This document shows positions 8,817 through 17,305 of a DNA stretch of 55,946 nt, piece after piece; positions within the stretch are counted from its first letter, which is position 1; every line of letters begins with the position of its first letter. This stretch comes from a virus. The notes under the pieces were generated by a model. It saw only the letters and a list, made by a program, of their open reading frames with translations. It did no database searches and was not told the DNA's origin. Position numbers and translations under genes: made by a program. The stretch is taken from the IMG/VR virus record IMGVR_UViG_3300050504_000274. One strand, 5' to 3'.

Positions 8817-9125
8817 CTAGCGCAGGACTCCCTTGCTCGGGTGGCGCACGTCGGTCCGCATCAGCTCGCGCGGCGGCATGACGCTGCCGGAGGGCCGGCA
8901 GACAGCCAGGTACGTCCACAGGCCCGCGCAGACCGCCTGGACGACCGCCGAGTACAGCAGGCCGAGCGAGGCGTAGGTGATCGCGACGACGGCCACGCCG
9001 AGGGCCGTCGGGATGGACGTCTTGCGCGGGAGCCGCGCGTAGCGGTTCCTCACCGCCGGAATGAGCGCCGCACAGAAGAAAGTGCCGCACGTCGAGAGAA
9101 CGAAGTCCTGCCACGAGTTGAACAT
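8817..9125 (-). CDS. Small multi-pass membrane protein (102 aa), holin candidate
   Basis: GGAGG 5 nt before the ATG. About three hydrophobic segments (FVLSTCGTFFCAALIPAV, IPTALGVAVVAITYASLGLLY, AVCAGLWTYLAV). Last gene of the leftward early operon. Confidence 0.65.
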   Translation of the reverse strand: MFNSWQDFVLSTCGTFFCAALIPAVRNRYARLPRKTSIPTALGVAVVAITYASLGLLYSAVVQAVCAGLWTYLAVCRPSGSVMPPRELMRTDVRHPSKGVLR

Positions 9126-9217
9126 GAAGTGCCTCCGAATGTGACCTTGAGAATTGTCCAGATGACCACGAAGCCGCCAGCGAGCAGCAGACCGAACGCC
9201 GCCCGCAGGAACTTCAT
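9050..9217 (-). CDS. Possible single-TM micropeptide (MKFLRAAFGLLLAGGFVVIWTILKV...)
   Basis: ATGA overlap with the stop of the upstream gene. The hydrophobic N-terminus looks real, but the C-terminal 28 aa overlap the next gene and look out of frame. The true end is uncertain. Confidence 0.3.
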   Translation of the reverse strand: MKFLRAAFGLLLAGGFVVIWTILKVTFGGTSCSTRGRTSFSRRAALSSVRRSFRR

Positions 9218-10293
9218 CGCTTGAGCGCCGGCCGCACCTTGTTGAGGTACAGCAGCGTGTCCGAGACGACGCCGTGCTTGGCGTCCATGAAGAGGAGCCG
9301 CTGGCACGGATCGCCGCAGGCCGCGAGCTGCTCCTTCGCGAAGTCGTTGTCCGACTCCGTGGTGCCGTTCGCGTAGAAGCGCCGGTAGCCGAGCGTGGCC
9401 ATCGCCGGGGTGTGGAAGTGGCCGAAGAGCAGGTGGTCCCACTTCTCCTCGATCGCGTCGATCCAGCCCCAGGCCTTCTTCGCCGTGCCGTACCACGGGA
9501 AGCCGGCGAAGCCCCCGCCGATCTGGTGGCCGTGGACGACCAGGTTGCCCCAGTCGAACACGCGGTCCACGACCCAGAACTCGTCGGTCATCCTCCACTG
9601 GAGCCTGCCGGCCAGCTCCGCGCGGGGGTTGTCCTTCGTGCCGAGCAGCATCGTGCGCAGCGTGATGTACGCCACCTGGTCCCAGTTCGTGCGCGGGTGC
9701 GAGCGGGTGCTCTTCGGGCCGTTGCGCCCGTGGTTCCCCGGCACGCTGAAGACGACCACCCGCTCGAAGTGCTCGAGCGCGAGCAGGAGCGCCTTGCCGA
9801 CGATGCGCGGGAAGTTCAGGCAGGCCTGGTCGATGACCGGGCTGTCGATCTCGTGCGCCTGGTGCGGGAAGATGTCCTCGCCCTCGATCACGTCGCCGCC
9901 GAGGTAGACGTGCAGCTCGTCGATCCTGGCCATGTTGCGCCGCAGGTCGGCGATGTAGATGGTCTTGTCCATCGCCTCGAGCACGCGGGCCTCGCAGACC
10001 GTCGTGTCGTAGGAGCGCGTCGTCTTGCCGAGCTGGAGGTCGGAGAGGTGCAGCACCGCGATCTCCTCGTAGCTCCGCTTGCCGCCGTGCCGCGGGCGCG
10101 GCGGGGCGACGATGCGCGGCGGGCTGTCCGCCAGGCAGGACTGCACGGCCTCGACGATCGCGGCCTCCTTCGTCTGCGACTGGCGCAGGCGCTTCTCGAG
10201 CGCGCGCACCTGCGACTTCAGCTCCGCCGCAGTGGCCGACTTGTCGGCCTCGTCGGCCAGGAACTTCGAGAGCGGGCTCTGCTTCTTCTTCAC
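9214..10293 (-). CDS. Calcineurin-like metallophosphoesterase (359 aa)
   Basis: Motifs LHLSDLQLG, GGDVIEG, PGNHG, HGH and GHFH in the canonical order. Start reassigned to GTG 10293 (AGGAGAG upstream, GTGA overlap with the upstream stop). The longer track ORF has an Arg/Pro-biased leader. Confidence 0.85.
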   Translation of the reverse strand: MKKKQSPLSKFLADEADKSATAAELKSQVRALEKRLRQSQTKEAAIVEAVQSCLADSPPRIVAPPRPRHGGKRSYEEIAVLHLSDLQLGKTTRSYDTTVCEARVLEAMDKTIYIADLRRNMARIDELHVYLGGDVIEGEDIFPHQAHEIDSPVIDQACLNFPRIVGKALLLALEHFERVVVFSVPGNHGRNGPKSTRSHPRTNWDQVAYITLRTMLLGTKDNPRAELAGRLQWRMTDEFWVVDRVFDWGNLVVHGHQIGGGFAGFPWYGTAKKAWGWIDAIEEKWDHLLFGHFHTPAMATLGYRRFYANGTTESDNDFAKEQLAACGDPCQRLLFMDAKHGVVSDTLLYLNKVRPALKR

Positions 10294-10550
10294 GGTAGGG
10301 ACTCTCCTGTGGTGGCGTCGCGTCGGAGGCACTGCTCCACGTGGCGGCGCACGGACGTCTCCGCCGGCCCGTCCGGCCAGCGGGCGCGCACGTGCTCGCG
10401 GTAGAACTCGTGCCACGTATGATGGTTCCCCGCCTTGCGGGCGTCGAGGAACTCCGCCACGTCGCGCGCCAGCTCTGGTCGCGCGCACGTGCGACACTGC
10501 TTCCTGGACGTGCCGGGGGAGGACAGGAACTTGCGCAGGTTGGTCTTCAT
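10290..10550 (-). CDS. Hypothetical Cys/His-containing protein (86 aa)
   Basis: MKTNLRKFLSSPGTSRKQCRTCARPE...HVEQC. ATGA overlap with the RuvC stop. Confidence 0.65.
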   Translation of the reverse strand: MKTNLRKFLSSPGTSRKQCRTCARPELARDVAEFLDARKAGNHHTWHEFYREHVRARWPDGPAETSVRRHVEQCLRRDATTGESLP

Positions 10551-11131
10551 TGTTCTGATGCCCACTTCGCCAGCAGCAGCGCGTCGCCGACGTGCTTCCA
10601 CTGGCCTACGGACACGTGCCGGAAGGCCGGCGGGATCCTGAGCGGCGCGGAGTACGTCGCCTTCTGGTCGTAGCCCCAGCCCAGCTCGTCGTACAGCCTC
10701 GCCTGCATGACCTCCTTCGGGATCTGCCCCTTCCACTCCTCCGGCGTCGGGAAATGGACGGCCGCCTCGCTGAAGCAGAGCATTACGCGCGCCAGCACCG
10801 CGCCTGCCACGTTGCCGAGCACCACGATGTCCTGCGGACGCTTGTGCTGGCGGAGCCCGGTGCGCTGGAGCGTCTGCGCCTCGACGGCCACGGCGTTCAC
10901 CAGCTCCGTGCGTCGGAACATCCCTGTGTGTATCGAGGCCACCATGTCGAGCACGGAGAACTGCTGGCTCTTGCCCTTCCTCTTCGGGACGTGGATGACG
11001 TCGGCCGCGTATGGCTTCCCGTCGCGCCAGTACCCGATGGCGAGGTCGTGCAGGTCCGGGTCTATCCCGATGGTGAGCATGGCGTGCGAGAGAAGACTGA
11101 GGTCCGGGAGGCTGACCGTCGCAGCATTCAT
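10547..11131 (-). CDS. ruvC: RuvC-like Holliday junction resolvase
   Basis: LTIGIDPD (Asp), VAVEAQ (Glu) and HVGDALLLAKWA (Asp) match the RuvC catalytic layout. Start taken at ATG 11131 (MNAATV...); MLTIGIDPD is an alternative. Confidence 0.8.
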   Translation of the reverse strand: MNAATVSLPDLSLLSHAMLTIGIDPDLHDLAIGYWRDGKPYAADVIHVPKRKGKSQQFSVLDMVASIHTGMFRRTELVNAVAVEAQTLQRTGLRQHKRPQDIVVLGNVAGAVLARVMLCFSEAAVHFPTPEEWKGQIPKEVMQARLYDELGWGYDQKATYSAPLRIPPAFRHVSVGQWKHVGDALLLAKWASEQ

Positions 11132-11166
11132 GGCTAGCGTGGCGCCTGCCGTCGCGTCCCGGACCT

Positions 11167-11379
11167 CTAGTCCTTGTAGCGCTCCCCCTTGGTGATCCGG
11201 TAGTCTCCGATCAGCCGAAAGATCGTGCTCTTGCTGATCCCCAGGAGCTTGGCCGCGGCCGTAGCGTCCCCGTCGGTGATCTGCAACGCCGTGATGATAC
11301 ACTGCCGGCGGGCCTCGGTCAAGGTGAGAACCGGAAGTCTCAGGACGACGTTCCGGAGCGGGTCCCTGGGCTCGCTCAT
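11167..11379 (-). CDS. Fis-type helix-turn-helix DNA-binding protein (70 aa)
   Basis: C-terminal ATAAAKLLGISKSTIFRLI resembles the Fis/NtrC-type HTH. ATGA overlap with the upstream gene. Confidence 0.7.
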   Translation of the reverse strand: MSEPRDPLRNVVLRLPVLTLTEARRQCIITALQITDGDATAAAKLLGISKSTIFRLIGDYRITKGERYKD

Positions 11380-11939
11380 CGCACCAGCTCCAGGACGGTC
11401 CTGCCGCCGCGGACGACTCGGACCATCGGGTACATCTCCCTGGCGTGCAGCCACAGCGCCGCGCCCTGCGCGAGCGACTGGGACTCGCGGCCCCCGCCCT
11501 GCTCGACCCACTCCGGCTCGCCGCCCTCGACGGGCACGAGCACCTCGACGTGCCACAGGTCGCTCTCTGGCGGCTGGTAGCTCGGGAGGTCGTCCAGCTC
11601 CGCGGGCTTCAGGCCGCGGGCGATCATCTCCTCGAAGTGCATCATCGCCTGCACGTTCCACATCGCCGCGGCGAGGTGGTCCTCGTCCCGCATCCCGGCG
11701 AGGTGCTTGTACAGGTGGCGCACCGCGCAGTCGAAGAACACGCTCAGCGGCATGCCCTTCTCCCAGTTGCGCGCGTCGTACTTGACCGCGCCCTTCTCGA
11801 GCAGGACCGCGAGGCGGCCCAGCGCGAGCGGCGAGATCAGGTCGTACCGGCCCTTGCCGGTGGCGGCGTCCCGCTTCGCGCCGGTGTCGAACGTCCGCCG
11901 GGTGCCGCTGTCCTTCAGCTCGTAGTCTCTCTGCTCCAT
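11376..11939 (-). CDS. dATP/dGTP pyrophosphohydrolase-like protein (DUF5664-type N-terminal domain) with a ~60-aa C-terminal extension
   Basis: FDTGAKRDAATGKGRYDLISPLALGRLAVLLEKGAVKYDARNWEKG...DEDHLAAAMWNV matches the pattern I know for this phage family. Confidence 0.8.
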   Translation of the reverse strand: MEQRDYELKDSGTRRTFDTGAKRDAATGKGRYDLISPLALGRLAVLLEKGAVKYDARNWEKGMPLSVFFDCAVRHLYKHLAGMRDEDHLAAAMWNVQAMMHFEEMIARGLKPAELDDLPSYQPPESDLWHVEVLVPVEGGEPEWVEQGGGRESQSLAQGAALWLHAREMYPMVRVVRGGRTVLELVR

Positions 11940-11945
11940 GTCCCT

Positions 11946-11973
11946 ATCTTACCATCCTTTGTCCAGGAGTCAA
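11946..11973 (-). promoter_or_regulatory. Sigma70-like promoter TTGACT-N16-TAAGAT; would give a leaderless or near-leaderless mRNA for the 11939 gene
   Basis: -35 at 11968-11973 and -10 at 11946-11951 (minus sense). Only 6 nt separate the -10 from the ATG. The spacer contains CTGGACAAAGG, also present in the 34.2-kb promoter. Confidence 0.4.
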
Positions 11974-11974
11974 G

Positions 11975-14203
11975 CTACTTCTTGGGTTCCCAGGGGACCA
12001 GCCTGCCGTCCGGGCCGAGAACCGGGCCGGAGGCCTTGCTCCACACGCTCGTCAGGTGCGTCTCGTCCGACCGGATGTTGACGTCCGGCAGGATCAGCCG
12101 CGCGTGCTCGACGAGCAGGTCTCGGACCCGCATCGCCTGGTCGTGCCAGAGCGCCCGGTCGAGCGTTGTCTCGGCGACGATCTGGTCGTGGACGAACGCC
12201 ACGGGCCGCACGCCCAGCAGCACCGACCGCTGCGTCGGGTCGTAGCACTCGCGCTGCACCATGATGGCCCAGGTCTCCGCGACCTCGGCCCCCGGCGACT
12301 GCATGCACTTCCCGTTCGCGGCCGCGCAGTACGTCGCGCCGCGGCGGACCATGCCGAGAGGAGTCTCGTACCAGTAGAGCTGCTCGCCCCGCTCGGTCTG
12401 CTCGTTCACGTTGTCCGTCTGGCCCTCGATCCACCGGAAGAAGTACGGCATCTCCGGGTACGTGAGCCGCCAGACCTCCCGCGCGTCGCTCGCCTGCTCC
12501 GCCGTCATGCGCACGTCGTAGGTGCCCCACGCGAACTCGACGAGCGTGTCCGGCCCGAGGCCGCCCGGGAACCCGAGGCCGACTGGCTTCGCGAACTTGC
12601 GGGACTCGGCGAACCACTTCCTCACCGGCTCCTCGCTGTGCCTCTTGCACAGCATGAAGGCCTCGTAGCAGGCCTCCGGGTCGGACAGGATGCCCTCGGC
12701 TCGGCAGGCCTGCTGGAACTCCCTGCCGGGGCCGTCCGTCGCGAGCTGGAGCTGGAGGCTCGTCGCGAGGTAGCCGTGCAGGTCGACCCTCGCGTTGTAC
12801 TTCAGGAGGTGGACCGACTCGCACGGGATGAGGCCCTGGACGTGCAGGTCGTGCGTGACCTGCGCGACCGTCGCCAGCTCGAGGTTCGTGATGTCCGAGT
12901 CGATGAAGGCGCGGCCGGCGCGCGGGCGGTAGCCGCTGCGCGGGTCGATCCCGTCGCGCTCGCCGGGGACCTGCTGGATGTTCGCGCTCGGGTAGAGGGG
13001 CTCGCGGTCGCGGGCGTTGCCGTAGCTCGACGTGCGCCCCGTCTCCTTCAGCACGTCGTACTGCGGGTAGATCACCGGGCCGGACTCGAGGATGTCGAGC
13101 TGCTCGAGGATCTTCTGGAGCGACTGGCGCCCGTAGTAGTGGTCCATCAGCGGGTCCCTCGAGGCGAGGTACTTCTGCACCTCGGCGTCGAGCTGGATCT
13201 GCGGCTCGCGCTCCCCGCCGGCCGTCATCGCCGGGACCTCGCCGAGGAGCCTGTACAGCGCCCCCACGTAGGCCTGGATCGCCTTGGTGTTCCGCTTCGA
13301 GGGCCTCGCCTCGACGAACTTGATCCCGGCCGCAGCGAGCGCGGCTGGGTCCGCGACACCCTGCGCCGCCAGCGCGGCCACCTTCTTCGCCTGGTTCGCG
13401 TGCGGGCGCGCCGGCTGCGCGGCCTCGATCAGGCCGGCGGCGACGAGCGGCCCCTCGCACTCGGCGATCTTGGCGTCCGCCTGCGCGCGGATCTCGGCCA
13501 CGCGCGCCGGGTCGACCTCGACCCCGTGCGCGGACATCAGGTAGAGCGCGACGTGCGTGGCGGTGCGGAACTCCTCGGTCGCCGTCGAGGCGTGCGGGAA
13601 GTCGACCTTGCGCTGCTCCTGCGCCTCGTAGACCAGCAGCGTCGCCTCGGCGTCGGCGAGCGCGTACGCGGCCGCGTCCTCCGGGTACTCGCTCGCGCGC
13701 CAGCCGTCGAGCGCGGCGTAGGCGAGGCGCCAGTGGTCGTCGCCCTCTCCGGCCGCGCCCTGCACCTTCTCCGCGCGCCGGTCGTTGCCGGTGTACTTCA
13801 GCTCGAGGTCGGCGAGCCCGTACTTGATGTCCGCCTTGGACCCGTCGGGCAGCAGCAGCTTGTCCAGGCGGCCGGACGTGCTTAGGTTCAGGAGCTTCTC
13901 GCGCCACTTCGTGTCGGTGAAGCGGCCGGCGAGCGCCGCGGCGAAGATCGCCGGGATGAGCCGCGGGTAGGAGGCCATCGAGACGGACCAGTCGTATCCG
14001 CCGGAGTGCGTGACGATGGTGACGTCCTCGCTCTCTAGGAGCGACAGGATCGTGCCTTCCAGCGCGTCGTCGGGGTGGTTGCCGAGCAGGGCCTTCACGA
14101 CCTCTCCGTCGATCCGCTCCGCGAACGAGCCGCAGACCGCCTTCGGCGCGAGCGCGCCGGGGCCGATCGGGTACGTCTCCGTGTCGAACGCTACTACCCT
14201 CAT
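11975..14203 (-). CDS. Family A DNA polymerase with 3'-5' exonuclease domain
   Basis: VVAFDTET (ExoI); DSDITNLELATVA (motif A); RKFAKPVGLGFPGGLG (motif B); VAFVHDQIV (motif C). Start set to ATG 14203 (ATGA overlap) rather than the biased 23-aa extension. Confidence 0.95.
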   Translation of the reverse strand: MRVVAFDTETYPIGPGALAPKAVCGSFAERIDGEVVKALLGNHPDDALEGTILSLLESEDVTIVTHSGGYDWSVSMASYPRLIPAIFAAALAGRFTDTKWREKLLNLSTSGRLDKLLLPDGSKADIKYGLADLELKYTGNDRRAEKVQGAAGEGDDHWRLAYAALDGWRASEYPEDAAAYALADAEATLLVYEAQEQRKVDFPHASTATEEFRTATHVALYLMSAHGVEVDPARVAEIRAQADAKIAECEGPLVAAGLIEAAQPARPHANQAKKVAALAAQGVADPAALAAAGIKFVEARPSKRNTKAIQAYVGALYRLLGEVPAMTAGGEREPQIQLDAEVQKYLASRDPLMDHYYGRQSLQKILEQLDILESGPVIYPQYDVLKETGRTSSYGNARDREPLYPSANIQQVPGERDGIDPRSGYRPRAGRAFIDSDITNLELATVAQVTHDLHVQGLIPCESVHLLKYNARVDLHGYLATSLQLQLATDGPGREFQQACRAEGILSDPEACYEAFMLCKRHSEEPVRKWFAESRKFAKPVGLGFPGGLGPDTLVEFAWGTYDVRMTAEQASDAREVWRLTYPEMPYFFRWIEGQTDNVNEQTERGEQLYWYETPLGMVRRGATYCAAANGKCMQSPGAEVAETWAIMVQRECYDPTQRSVLLGVRPVAFVHDQIVAETTLDRALWHDQAMRVRDLLVEHARLILPDVNIRSDETHLTSVWSKASGPVLGPDGRLVPWEPKK

Positions 14204-14307
14204 CGCCTCACGAACCCCTTCCCGTCGCAGTGCTCGCACTTCTTCAGGTCGACCTTGCCCCGACCGCCGCACTTGGTGCAGCGCTCCGTCACCTGCCGGC
14301 GCCTCAC
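14200..14307 (-). CDS. 35-aa DnaJ-type zinc-finger microprotein (two CxxCxGxG motifs)
   Basis: My translation is VRRRQVTERCTKCGGRGKVDLKKCEHCDGKGFVRR. It has a GTGA overlap with the MazG-like stop and an ATGA overlap with the polymerase start. Confidence 0.55.
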   Translation of the reverse strand: MRRRQVTERCTKCGGRGKVDLKKCEHCDGKGFVRR

Positions 14308-14696
14308 TTGCGCCCCCGGCTCTCGTCGCAGACCTCGCGAGCGAACCGCAGCGCCATCGCGGCGACCTGGATCGCCTCCTTGCGCATCGCTTGGAGGTCG
14401 CGCTTCTTCTGCGAGAGCTTCACGTGGTCCCACAGCTCGTCGACCTCCTCGGCGAGCACGGCGAAGCCTTCGTGCGCGCTGTTGAACGGCGGCCAGTTGA
14501 GCGTGGCGCCCTCCAGCTCCTTGCAGGCATCGACGACCTCTGGCGGCATGCCGACAGGGAGGACGAGGTGCCAGAAATCTCCGCGCTGCTCCCAGCGACC
14601 GAAACTCAGGCTCTTCCCGCTCTCGTCCTCCAGCTCGACGAACCTGCCTGCTTCCGGTCCGGGAGGGCCGTCGCACACTACGTGTAGCTCCAACAT
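14304..14696 (-). CDS. MazG-like nucleoside triphosphate pyrophosphohydrolase domain protein (130 aa)
   Basis: SAHEGFAVLAEEVDELWDHV...AIQVAAMALRF resembles the MazG/NTP-PPase helix pair. The start at ATG 14696 shares one base with the ligase stop. Confidence 0.7.
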   Translation of the reverse strand: MLELHVVCDGPPGPEAGRFVELEDESGKSLSFGRWEQRGDFWHLVLPVGMPPEVVDACKELEGATLNWPPFNSAHEGFAVLAEEVDELWDHVKLSQKKRDLQAMRKEAIQVAAMALRFAREVCDESRGRK

Positions 14697-15589
14697 CAGT
14701 CGATCTCCGAGCGGAGGCCGAGGAACACCGGGAACCGCGGAGCCTCCAGGGGCGCGGCCGGGTTTGGCTGGAACTTGAACTTCACGACGAGGCCCTTCAG
14801 CCCGGCGCGACCGGCCCACAGCTCGGCGCGCTGCGCCTCGGTGAAGCCGGAGCCGATGCTGAACTGCTGCGTCATCTCGCCCACCTCGCGCACGCACTTG
14901 AGCTTGCCGAGCGTGCCGCCGGCCACCTTGCCGGCCTTGGCGGAGCTGCGCTTCGTGAGGCCCAGCTCGTTCGTGGTGGCCTCGTTCTCGTTGTGCATCA
15001 GCTCCTCGAAGCCTACCACGATGGCCTCGGCGTCCTCGAAGCGCTTGAGCTTCAGGAGGTAGCCCTCCTTCGTGGTGCTGCGGCCGTACTTGTACGGGCC
15101 GGTCAGCGACCGGATCATCAGGCCCTCGAAGCCGCAGTCGAGCGACTGGGCCTCGACGTCTAGCAGGTGCGCCTCGTCCTCCACGATCTTGTGCTCGACG
15201 ATCTGCACGCGCGGGTGGCAGATGTCTTCGACGAGCCGGAAGAGTCGCCCGTAGCGGTCCTGGAAGCCGAGCGGCTCCAGGGCCGGGTCGCGGTCGAACA
15301 CGAAGTAGGTGAAGTCCGGCTCGCCGTCCTCGGACATGACGGCCGAGGAGACCTGGCTGAAGCTGCCCGGCAGGTCGAGCATCAGCTCGCCGTCGAGGCC
15401 CTCCATCGCGAACTCGCCCAGCACCTTCCGGACGAAGCGGTTCGGGATCGGCTTCAGCTTCCTACTCAGGACCTCGCCGCCGCGCACGACGCAGCGCACG
15501 CCGTCGAGCTTCGGCGAGACCATCACCGGGTAGGCGACCTTGGAGAGGTCGGCCTTCCCGGCGAGCATGGGCTGGAAGCGCTCGGCCAC
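14696..15589 (-). CDS. lig: ATP-dependent DNA ligase
   Basis: 297 aa. Motif I SPKLDGVR, followed by EGLMIR and LLKLK-type motifs in the order typical of small phage ligases. Confidence 0.9.
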   Translation of the reverse strand: MAERFQPMLAGKADLSKVAYPVMVSPKLDGVRCVVRGGEVLSRKLKPIPNRFVRKVLGEFAMEGLDGELMLDLPGSFSQVSSAVMSEDGEPDFTYFVFDRDPALEPLGFQDRYGRLFRLVEDICHPRVQIVEHKIVEDEAHLLDVEAQSLDCGFEGLMIRSLTGPYKYGRSTTKEGYLLKLKRFEDAEAIVVGFEELMHNENEATTNELGLTKRSSAKAGKVAGGTLGKLKCVREVGEMTQQFSIGSGFTEAQRAELWAGRAGLKGLVVKFKFQPNPAAPLEAPRFPVFLGLRSEID

Positions 15590-15592
15590 GGC

Positions 15593-16057
15593 TCAGCCCC
15601 CGAGGATCTTGAGGATCGCTCGCGCGTTCTCTCGGACTGCGGAGTGCTTCTGGAGGACCTTCTGCGGAGGTTGGCTCTGAAACGACCATGCGCAGGGCTG
15701 CGATGCCGGGACGCCCGCCTGGCGGAACGCGACGTCGATCTCGCGCCGCTGGATCTCGAGCTTGACCTTGGCGCGGATGTCGTCCGGCGTACGGTCCCAC
15801 GCGGCCAGGTTCCGCAGGTGGCCCATCGAGAGCAGCGCGATGAACCGCGCGTGCCCCTGCTGCGTGCGCCAGATCGCGCCGCCGAGGCCCTCCTTCACGT
15901 CGGCGAGGTGGACCTGGAGCCCCTTGACGTTCTTCTCCGCCTCGTCGAGCCTCGCGTCGGTGGTGATGTACAGCTCCGACTGAAGCTCGCGGACCCGCGC
16001 CTCGAGCGTCTCGAGCCGCTTCTCCAGGGTGGACTTCTTCTTCTTCAGCGCCTTCAT
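15593..16057 (-). CDS. Hypothetical coiled-coil protein (154 aa)
   Basis: MKALKKKKSTLEKRLETLEARVRELQSEL..., non-biased composition. Confidence 0.7.
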   Translation of the reverse strand: MKALKKKKSTLEKRLETLEARVRELQSELYITTDARLDEAEKNVKGLQVHLADVKEGLGGAIWRTQQGHARFIALLSMGHLRNLAAWDRTPDDIRAKVKLEIQRREIDVAFRQAGVPASQPCAWSFQSQPPQKVLQKHSAVRENARAILKILGG

Positions 16058-16081
16058 GTGCAGGTTCCTTGTGTTGAGGGT

Positions 16082-17305
16082 TCAGAGCAGCTCGGCCGTC
16101 GCGTACTCCAGCGCGACCTCGTTCGCCGCGTTCGCGACGCTCATGGTCCACTTGACGTTCAGGGTGCGGTCCGCTGCGTCGCTGTCGACCGCGGCCGCGC
16201 CGTTGATCGGAGTGACGACCGGCACGGAGCCGATCGCCGAGGGCAGGAGCAGGTCGCCGACGCCGGCCGTCGGGGCATTCTTCGCCGCGACCGGCGACAT
16301 GACGAGCTGGCCGTTGAGGGCCTGGTCGTTGTTCGCCTGCGCCTGGACCGTGAAGTCAAGCGCCCACGCGAGCCGGTCGGCGTCGGCCGTGGCCGCGGTC
16401 GAGACGTCCTGGAACATCGTGGTCCCGCCGTAGTCGATCGCGAGCGTCACCGTGGGCACGCCGCTGTTGAGCAGCATCGTGCCCCCGCAGCGCACGCGCA
16501 GCGTCTTGCCGGCGAGGAAGAGCCCGCTCGGCAGGACGATCGAGGCGTAGGTCTGCTGCGCGTTCGTGTTGTTGAAGACGAGCGCCGTCGTGCGCTTGCC
16601 GACCACGACCGGGCCGGTGGTCTGCACGACGCGCACGTCGGTCAGGCTCGAGCCGGCGATCGAGGTCGCGCCGCGGGCCACGTAGACGACCGCGAGCGAG
16701 ACGTCGCCGGCAGAGAGCGACGGGACGACCGGCTTGCGCGAGGGCGTGCCGGCCCGCACGACCTTCGAGCCGGCGGAGTTCACGACCACCAGGTCGAGGC
16801 GGGGCATGTTCGCGTCGGCGGCCGTGATCGTCACGTTGCCGGCCGGGACCGCGAAGAGCGTCCCGCCCGAGAGCACCGCGGCCTTCGCGACCGCGAGCGT
16901 CATGTCCGGGCTGCCCTGCGCGCTGACCGCGCCGCCCGAGAGCACGACGTCGTTCGCCGCGCGCTGGAGCATCAGGATGTACGCGAGCAGGAGCGGCGTC
17001 GCGGGGTTCGGGGCCGCGAGCGTGGCGAGCCGATCCGAGCACTGCTGGAGCGTGTACGCCCCGGCCTCGCCCAGCATCAGCACGTCGTGGATCTCCTCCC
17101 GCGCGATGACGTCGCCGGCCTGCTGGTCGATGAACGTCTGGAGGTCGACCTGCTCCCCGGCGGAGAGGTTGAAGAAGGTCGCGATCGAGGAGACCGAGAC
17201 GCCGGACACGCCGCGCTTCAGCTCCGCCAGGGCGGCCATGAACTGGTGGACGGGCAGCTTGTCCTCGCCCGCTGCGGGCGCGACCAGCCTGGAGAGTAGA
17301 CTCAT
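16082..17305 (-). CDS. Beta-rich, fibre/receptor-binding-like protein (407 aa) embedded in the replication module
   Basis: Start moved to ATG 17305 (GAGGA 7 nt upstream). Ser/Thr/Val/Ala/Gly-rich, with MPRLDLVVVNSAGSKVVRAGTP...LAVVYVARGATSI, a pattern I associate with tail-fibre-type proteins. Confidence 0.75.
   Translation of the reverse strand: MSLLSRLVAPAAGEDKLPVHQFMAALAELKRGVSGVSVSSIATFFNLSAGEQVDLQTFIDQQAGDVIAREEIHDVLMLGEAGAYTLQQCSDRLATLAAPNPATPLLLAYILMLQRAANDVVLSGGAVSAQGSPDMTLAVAKAAVLSGGTLFAVPAGNVTITAADANMPRLDLVVVNSAGSKVVRAGTPSRKPVVPSLSAGDVSLAVVYVARGATSIAGSSLTDVRVVQTTGPVVVGKRTTALVFNNTNAQQTYASIVLPSGLFLAGKTLRVRCGGTMLLNSGVPTVTLAIDYGGTTMFQDVSTAATADADRLAWALDFTVQAQANNDQALNGQLVMSPVAAKNAPTAGVGDLLLPSAIGSVPVVTPINGAAAVDSDAADRTLNVKWTMSVANAANEVALEYATAELL

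Noticed and set aside
9050-9598. 182-aa ORF overlapping the metallophosphoesterase gene and the downstream membrane protein gene
   Set aside because: Only the MKFLRAAFGLLLAGGFVVIWTILKV segment, starting at the ATGA overlap at 9217, looks real. The upstream 127 aa are an alternative frame of the phosphoesterase gene.
11376-14696. A Z-genome (2-aminoadenine) biosynthesis cluster
   Set aside because: HD hydrolase, MazG-like and PolA genes are present, but I found no PurZ/adenylosuccinate-synthetase-like ORF (no GDEGKG-type P-loop) anywhere in the window. This is kept only as a general nucleotide-pool observation.
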